DNA of 44,947 nucleotides from an uncultured delta proteobacterium (GTDB lineage Bacteria; Myxococcota_A; Polyangia; Polyangiales; Polyangiaceae): NCBI GenBank assembly GCA_963731595.1, contig CAVSWE010000003.1, positions 1 to 44,947 of the forward strand, read 5' to 3'. Shown piece by piece: positions 39,660 to 44,947 of this stretch (position 1 is its first letter; each line of letters starts with the position of its first letter). The notes under the pieces were generated by a model. It saw only the letters and a program-made list of their open reading frames with translations, ran no database searches and was not told where the DNA came from. The position numbers and the translations under genes were made by a program.

Positions 39660-40222
39660 CACCCTGTGGCACACAGAACATTTTCAGCCGTTGGGTCGTC
39701 CAAACACGTTACTGCGGTCGGAACCGCAACGTCGCCAGGAGGCGATGGCAAGCTGTTTGCGGAACAGTGCGCAAAGAGGATACGGCCAAGAACCAGGTCC
39801 GACGAGTCTACGCCAAGAAAGCATTCGGCTCTCACGCACCACCCGATTGGCCGCGCAGAGGATCCTGAACGTCGCGTCCCAGGCGTCGTCGCTCCCGATG
39901 GTGAAAGTCGCCAGCGCACCCACGTCGCGAGCGGCACGCTTGCGGTGGAGAGGATGACCTTCTGCAGCGTCTGCACGCCGGGCGTCAGGTCATGCATCGT
40001 GTTCGACGCCATGACCGTGAACAAGTTGTTGTCCTTGCTCGGCGAGGTCTCGTAGTTCCACGTAAGGCTCAGGTCCCCGGCGAGGTCATTTCCCGCATGT
40101 CGAGCCAGATGACGATATCTTGAAACGAAGAGAATCCCATCCACGTCGATTCTCCTTGAATGATGTCCGCGATGGTTCCGCCGCGAACAGTGATCCAATC
40201 CTGAAGCACATAACCGTACATC
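39660..40222 (-). CDS. hypothetical protein (MYGYVLQDWITVRGGTIADIIQGESTWMGFSSFQDIVIWLDMREMTSPG...LTWNYETSPSKDNNLFTVMASNTMHDLTPGVQTLQKVI...), about 2 frameshifts
   Basis: Strong SD AAGGAGG 8 nt before the ATG at 40222. The continuation is in ORF 39659..40249 frame. Confidence 0.4.
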
Positions 40223-40245
40223 GCAACCTCCTTGGGTGTCTCTCG

Positions 40246-40621
40246 TCAAAGTTCCAACTGCGAGAGCGTTCTACCGCGTTTCTCGATCATTTCCGTGGCT
40301 TCGTCGCCTACCGGCGTCGCGTGCGTCGGGCTGGCGCGGGGTCGCTTTGCGGGCGCGGCCACGTCGACCCAGATCCCGACATCGGCGAAAGGCTCGAGAT
40401 CGAGCGACTCGCCGTCCTGCCCGCCGGGCCCGGAGCAGGTCGCGCGGATGCGGAATGTTACATCCCAAGCGCTCGAGGCGGGCGCCGAGAGCCGCCAGCG
40501 GACCGGGCCTTTCGGGACGGCGGCTGCCGGACTGCTTGTCTGCAGGTTTTCTTGGCGGTTCGACTTCACGGTTCCCTTCTTCTCCTCGGCGAGCTCGCGC
40601 GCGTCATGGTTCACATCCCTG
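40246..40621 (-). CDS. hypothetical protein (GTG start; ...DARELAEEKKGTVKSNRQENLQTSSPAAAVPKGPVRW...MIEKRGRTLSQLEL); possibly 5-prime truncated by IS66 copy 3
   Basis: ORF 40246..40656. It reads out of the IS end at 40641, and the first usable start is just inside the flank. Confidence 0.4.
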
Positions 40622-40660
40622 GCGAGTTGGCGGCGACGACGTAACCGTACGGGCATCGGC

Positions 40661-42183
40661 CTAAAAGGCAGATCCCGCAGTCCCAGGATGCGCTACGGGT
40701 CGAAAATCGTCGCCGGACCAGGCTTGGGTGGTGGCTTCCAGCGATCGGGGAGCAGGTCGACGTAGTGGTCGTCGGCAGTCTTGTCGATTCGGTCGAGGAC
40801 ATCGGCGAGGTATTCGACCGGGTTGACGCCGACGCGCGTGCAGGAGACGACGAGCGAGTAGAGGAGCGCGAGCTCCTTGCCTGCGTCCTCGCTGTGGACG
40901 AAGAGGAAATTCTTTCGGCCGAGCGCGACGACGCGGAGGGCATTTTCGGCGGGGTTGTTGTCCAGCGGGATGCGCACGTCGCGGAGGAAGCGTCCGAGCT
41001 CGCGCTGGTTGTGCCAGGTGTAACGCGCGGCGCGACCGAGGAGCGTCTTGGGCCCGTGCGCGCGCCGGAATCTCGCGCGCGAGCAGCAGGAGCCGCACGA
41101 AGAGCGGACGGGCGTACTCGCGGCGCAGCGCCAGATGCTCGGGCGAGCCGACGATCTCTTGTCGTTCGGCCTCGTGCTCGACGCAGTACAGGCCGCCAAT
41201 CAGCTCGAGGGCCTCCTTCGCCTCGGGGACGTCGCCGGCCTCGAAGAACTTTCTCCGTGCGTGGGCGTGGCAGCCGCACCGCTGGCGCTTTCCCTTCTTC
41301 ACGAGCGGGTCGTAGCCGCGGTAGTCGTCGCAGAGGAGGGCGCCGGTGGAGTCGCCGAGCACATCGATGGGTACGTCGCCGCTGCGCGTGAGGTCGAATC
41401 GGTAGCCGGTGAGGCTGCGGCCGACGAAGGCCCACATGAACGCCTTCGAGGTTTGCTTGGTCATCTTGAAGGAGGTCTCGTCGGCGTGGACGAGGAAGTC
41501 CTTCTGATCGCCTCGAAAAGCGGGGCGCGGAGCGGCTCGAGCTTAAGGCCGGCTCGGCGAAAGAAATCATTCATGGTGCTCCGCGCGACGGGCATGCCGA
41601 GGCGCGCGAAGGACTGCTCGAGCCTGTAGAGGGGCGTGACGACGAGGCACTTGGAGACGACGAGGTGAGCGACGAAGCTCGAGTCGTAGCGCGTCTTGTC
41701 GGCCCAGCGCTCGGGCGCGGGCGCGGTGACGACGCAGCCACCGCAGCGGCACGCGACGACCTCGCGCGTGTGGACGACGCGGCGGAAATGACCCGGGACG
41801 TAGGAGTAGATCTCCGACGGCTTGCCCGTGCCGACGCTGCGGAAGTCAGTGCCGCCGCAGAGGCTGCACTTCTTGAGTTCCGCGGGGACAGGCTCGGTCT
41901 TCTCCTCGGTGACGACCTTGTCGGCGCGGAGCAGCGCCTGCTCGGTGCGGCGGTCCGCGGCCTCCGCGGGCGTGCGCGGAGGTCGCGGGACCCTCGGCAT
42001 CTTGCCCATCTTCTCGGAGCGCTTCGCGAAGGCGCGCTTGAGCACCTCCATCTCGGCCTGCATCACCTCGAGCTGGGTGCCGAGGTGCTTGGCGTAATCG
42101 CGCCAGGCGCAGCCGTGCTCGTTGTCGTCGTCGGGAGGCGGAACCAACAGACAGCTTTGATCATGACGCGCGTGCCGTGTCAA
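40661..42183 (-). pseudogene. tnpC: IS66 transposase TnpC, multiple frameshifts
   Basis: ORFs 41461..42183, 40661..41464, 40693..41199 and 40611..41570 together cover TnpC in three frames. Confidence 0.8.
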
Positions 42184-42189
42184 TCCCCT

Positions 42190-42421
42190 TTATGCACTTT
42201 CTCTCGCGGCCGGCTGCCACATGGGTGCGCGATGCACGGCGCGAAGATCGATGCCGTCGAGCAACATCATGAGCGAGGCTGCGTCGAGCACGACCTGGGA
42301 GGTACCCTCGGGGATGCGCGGCATCGAGAAGCGCCCCCGCTCGAGGCGCTTGTAATAAGGAACGAACCCGCCCGCGCTGAAGAACAGGATCTTCACGCGG
42401 TCCATGCGGCGCCCGAAGAAG
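42190..42421 (-). pseudogene. tnpB: IS66 TnpB (Orf2), C-terminal 77 aa only
   Basis: ...YFFGRRMDRVKILFFSAGGFVPYYKRLERGRFSMPRIPEGTSQVVLD... at the end of ORF 42190..42996. The upstream part of that ORF is unrelated sequence. Confidence 0.7.
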
Positions 42422-43000
42422 TATCCGGTGCATGAGCCCACGTTCTTGTCGTGACCTCGGCGCGGGCGCACGCTGCGGGACATGACGAGCACGGAGGCGA
42501 CGTGGTCGACGCGCGTCGCGGAGTGGAAGGCGAGCGGCAAGACAATCGAGGAGTTCGCGGCGGGCGAGTCGTATGCGCCGTCGACGCTGCGGTGGTGGTC
42601 GAGCCGGCTGCGACGACGCGTCGAGCCGAAGCGGGCGAAGTCCGAATCGGTCGCGATGGTCCGCGTGGTCCGCGCGAGCGAGGTCCGGCGCGAGCCGCTC
42701 GTCGTGGAAGTCGGCCTCGCGCGCATCGTCGTCGGCGACCGCTTCAATCCGGTGCTGCTCGCGCGCGTCGTCGCCGCGCTGGGTGAGACGAAATGATCCC
42801 GAGCGGCGTGCAGGTGTTCGTGGCGCTCGAGCCGATCGACATGCGCTACTCGTTCGATCGGCTCGCGGGCACGGCGAAAGAGCAGGTCGGGTACGACGCT
42901 CGCGGCGGCGCGCTCTTCGTGTTCTACGGTCGGCGCCGCGACGCGCTCAAGGTCCTCTTCTTCGACGGCACGGGGATGTGCATCTTCTACAACCAACCGT
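42422..43000 (+). mobile_element. fragment of a second, distinct IS66-family element (left end, tnpA, 5-prime half of tnpB)
   Basis: New sequence begins GTATCCGGTGCATGAGCC at 42422. tnpA-like and tnpB-like ORFs follow. tnpB is cut after about 62 codons. Confidence 0.55.
42482..42796 (+). CDS. tnpA: IS66-family TnpA (Orf1) of the second element
   Basis: MTSTEATWSTRVAEWKASGKTIEEFAAGESYAPSTLRWWSSRLRR... Same architecture as the copy 1 TnpA but divergent. Confidence 0.65.
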   Translation: MTSTEATWSTRVAEWKASGKTIEEFAAGESYAPSTLRWWSSRLRRRVEPKRAKSESVAMVRVVRASEVRREPLVVEVGLARIVVGDRFNPVLLARVVAALGETK

Positions 43001-43032
43001 CTTCACACTACACCTCCTTCGATTCGAGCTGA
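42793..43032 (+). pseudogene. tnpB: IS66-family TnpB (Orf2), N-terminal part only
   Basis: MIPSGVQVFVALEPIDMRYSFDRLAGTAKEQVGYDARGGALFVFYGRRRDALKVLFFDGTGMCIFYNQ. Homology then ends. Confidence 0.6.
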
Positions 43033-44947
43033 GGGTCTTGCTCGCCGTTCCGTGATGCGCGGCTCGCGGGCGCGCGGTCGCTGAGCCGGTCCCAGCGGCT
43101 GCAGTGCTTGGTCGGGTGGGTCGCCGGCTCCTCGTAGAGCCACGCGTGGCCGTTGTACGCATGCGCCCTGATGATGCCGTGCTTGACCCAGCTGGTGAGG
43201 GTCGTCGCGTGTATTCCGAGGCGATCGGCGAGCTCCTCTTTGGTGAGCAGCCCGCGAGCGCGCAGGCGATCGAGTCGCGGCCGGAGGCGGTAGGTGTGCA
43301 CGATGTACTTCACGCGCCGCCCGTGAATCTGGCGCCAGCCCTCCCGGCCATGCGGACCCGCCGGGATGGAGCCCGCGCGCGTCGAGGATGCCGGCGATCT
43401 CGTCGTAGATGTGGTCGTCGAGGAGCCGGTCGACGAGCGCGACGAGCTCCGGCGGCGTCTTGACCTTCTGCCAAGACGGCCTTCGGGTTCACGGTGGTGA
43501 GCGTCGTCGTTTGCCCGCCTCGGAAGCGGACGTGGATCTTCGTGGTCCCTTCGTCGGGGAGCTTGACGAGCGTCGCGTCCTCGACGAGGTAGGCGAGCAT
43601 TCGCTTGCGCTCGCGGTTCGGCGTCGACGGGTCGGACCACAGCTGCGTGAAGTCGGTCGTCATCGCGACGAGGCGCTCGCGGATGGCATCGTCGACGGCG
43701 AGCCGATCCTCGCCGTCGCGCGCGCTCGCGTTCGTCGCGCGCTCTCGCCAGCGCGCGAAGCTTCTCGTTCCAGTCCGACTCGAGCGTGTCGGCGACGAGG
43801 CGGTTGCCGGGGTCGACCATCATGAAGCGGCGCTGCGCCGAGGTCGGCGTCGACCTGGGCCCGCTCGATCGCGCGACATCGAAGCTGATCCGCCTCGTCG
43901 TACCGAGCTTCGATCTCCCGCCGGATCTCCAGCGCCAACTCGACGGCGGCAGGCGTCATCTTCTCGGCCACCAAGCCTCCGATCGCCTCGTCGATCGGAG
44001 CGCCCGCGAGCGACTGGCAGTTCGGCTCGCCGCGCGAGCCGGTCGCGCGATCGCAAACGTACCAGGACTCGAGCTTGCCGCGCGCGTCCCTATACCGCAC
44101 GCGCATGTGCTGCCCGCATCGTCCGCAGACGGCGCGACCCTGCAGGAGCGCGACTCCCTCGCGAGGGGGAGAGCCGCGCGCGGCATCGTAGCCGTGGCCA
44201 TTCGACGCGAGCAGCCGGACGTTCTCCTGGTAGCGGTCCCAGGTGATGTACCCGGGTGGGCGTTGGGGATGCAGGCGAGCCACTCGCTCGCACGCGCGCT
44301 TTCGGAGCGTCTTCTTTCCGTCGACCGTCCGTCCGTAGACGCGCTGTCCGTACGCATAGGCCCCGGCGTACCGCGGGTTGCTCAGCGTGCGCATCGCCGC
44401 CGACGCCGTGAGCGGGCGGAAGATCACGCCGGCGGCCGGGGCGCGGAGGCGAGAGGGGAAGCGAAGGCCCTCGTCCCGAAACGCCTTGACCGTCTGGTGC
44501 GCCGAGCCGACGCGAGCAGAAGGTCTCGAAGAAGTGCGCGATCGTTTCGCGCACCTGCGCGTCGGGATCGAGGACGACGCCCGCTCTCGTCGTAGACGAG
44601 GCCGATGGGCAGCAGGCAGCGGTACTCGCCGCGCCGGACCTTGTTCAGGATCCCGCCGCGCAGTCTCGCCTTCAGGACGTGAAGCTCGGCTTCGCTCATC
44701 GTGCCCTTCAGGCCCAGCAGCAGCCGGTCGTTGAAGTTCGTCGGATCGTACACGCCATCCTCGTCGAGGATCAGCGTGTCCGCCAGGGCGCAGATCTCCA
44801 GCAGCCGGTGCCAGTCGGCGTTGTTCCTCGCCAGGCGCGAGACCTCCAGCCCCATCACGATCCCGGCGCGCCCAAGCCCACGTCCGTCACCAGCCGCTGG
44901 AAAGCCTTCGCGCCACGCCGCCGAGGCACCCGACTCGCCCTGGTCGG
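43008..44947 (-). pseudogene. large serine recombinase (resolvase/invertase-type catalytic domain plus recombinase domain plus zinc ribbon), at least 3 frameshifts, N-terminus beyond window end, C-terminus abuts the IS66 fragment
   Basis: Catalytic region ...VSRLARNNADWHRLLEICALADTLILDEDGVYDP... (ORF 44424..44858). RETIAHFFETF (ORF 44090..44554). TLSNPRYAGAYAYGQRVYGR and zinc ribbon CGRCGQHMRVRYRDARGKLESWYVC (ORF 43660..44427). C-terminal ...LLTKEELADRLGIHATTLTSW... (ORF 43008..43823). Confidence 0.75.

Larger units (their letters stand above)
40641..42421 (-). mobile_element. IS66-family element copy 3, truncated (right end, tnpC and 3-prime two-thirds of tnpB only), inverted orientation
   Basis: The right-end sequence matches copies 1 and 2 in reverse complement starting at 40641. 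Homology to copy 1 stops inside tnpB at 42421. Confidence 0.8.

Overview
High-GC bacterial chromosomal segment, most likely from a myxobacterium (Myxococcota). The taxonomic guess rests on one lipoprotein carrying CxxCG-type Myxococcus-style cysteine-rich repeats. The window is an accessory region dense in mobile elements. It has two tyrosine-integrase modules, each with an excisionase-like HTH gene (9.0-10.3 kb and 25.2-28.4 kb). It has three copies of one IS66-family element: copy 1 is complete with an 8-bp target duplication; copy 2 is complete but its two flanks are unrelated and its tnpC has a 1-nt deletion; copy 3 is truncated. At the right end, copy 3 abuts a fragment of a second IS66-like element and a frameshifted large serine recombinase that runs off the window. 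There is also an IS256-like element with a multiply frameshifted transposase, an IS1182/IS5-like element with recognisable inverted repeats, and back-to-back IS630 and IS4 transposase fragments. The cargo falls into four groups. First, a tightly coupled minus-strand operon (1.7-6.8 kb): calcineurin-like phosphoesterase, alpha-helical protein, two paralogous Ras-like GTPases and a small protein. This is the best candidate for an undescribed NTPase-based conflict or defence module. Second, a family of cysteine-rich secreted proteins and peptides (SCGC...DCC module) found in at least four full or relic copies and repeatedly next to XRE-family regulators. Third, a HigB/HigA-like pair followed by a COG2856 (ImmA/IrrE) metallopeptidase in a lower-GC islet. 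Fourth, two adjacent genes that share a conserved C-terminal tail (YMPS...ATRQGLR). No rRNA, tRNA or CRISPR array was found. Almost every real gene needs one or more frame corrections, so the assembly is indel-rich, the region is decaying, or both. CDS coordinates are therefore approximate.
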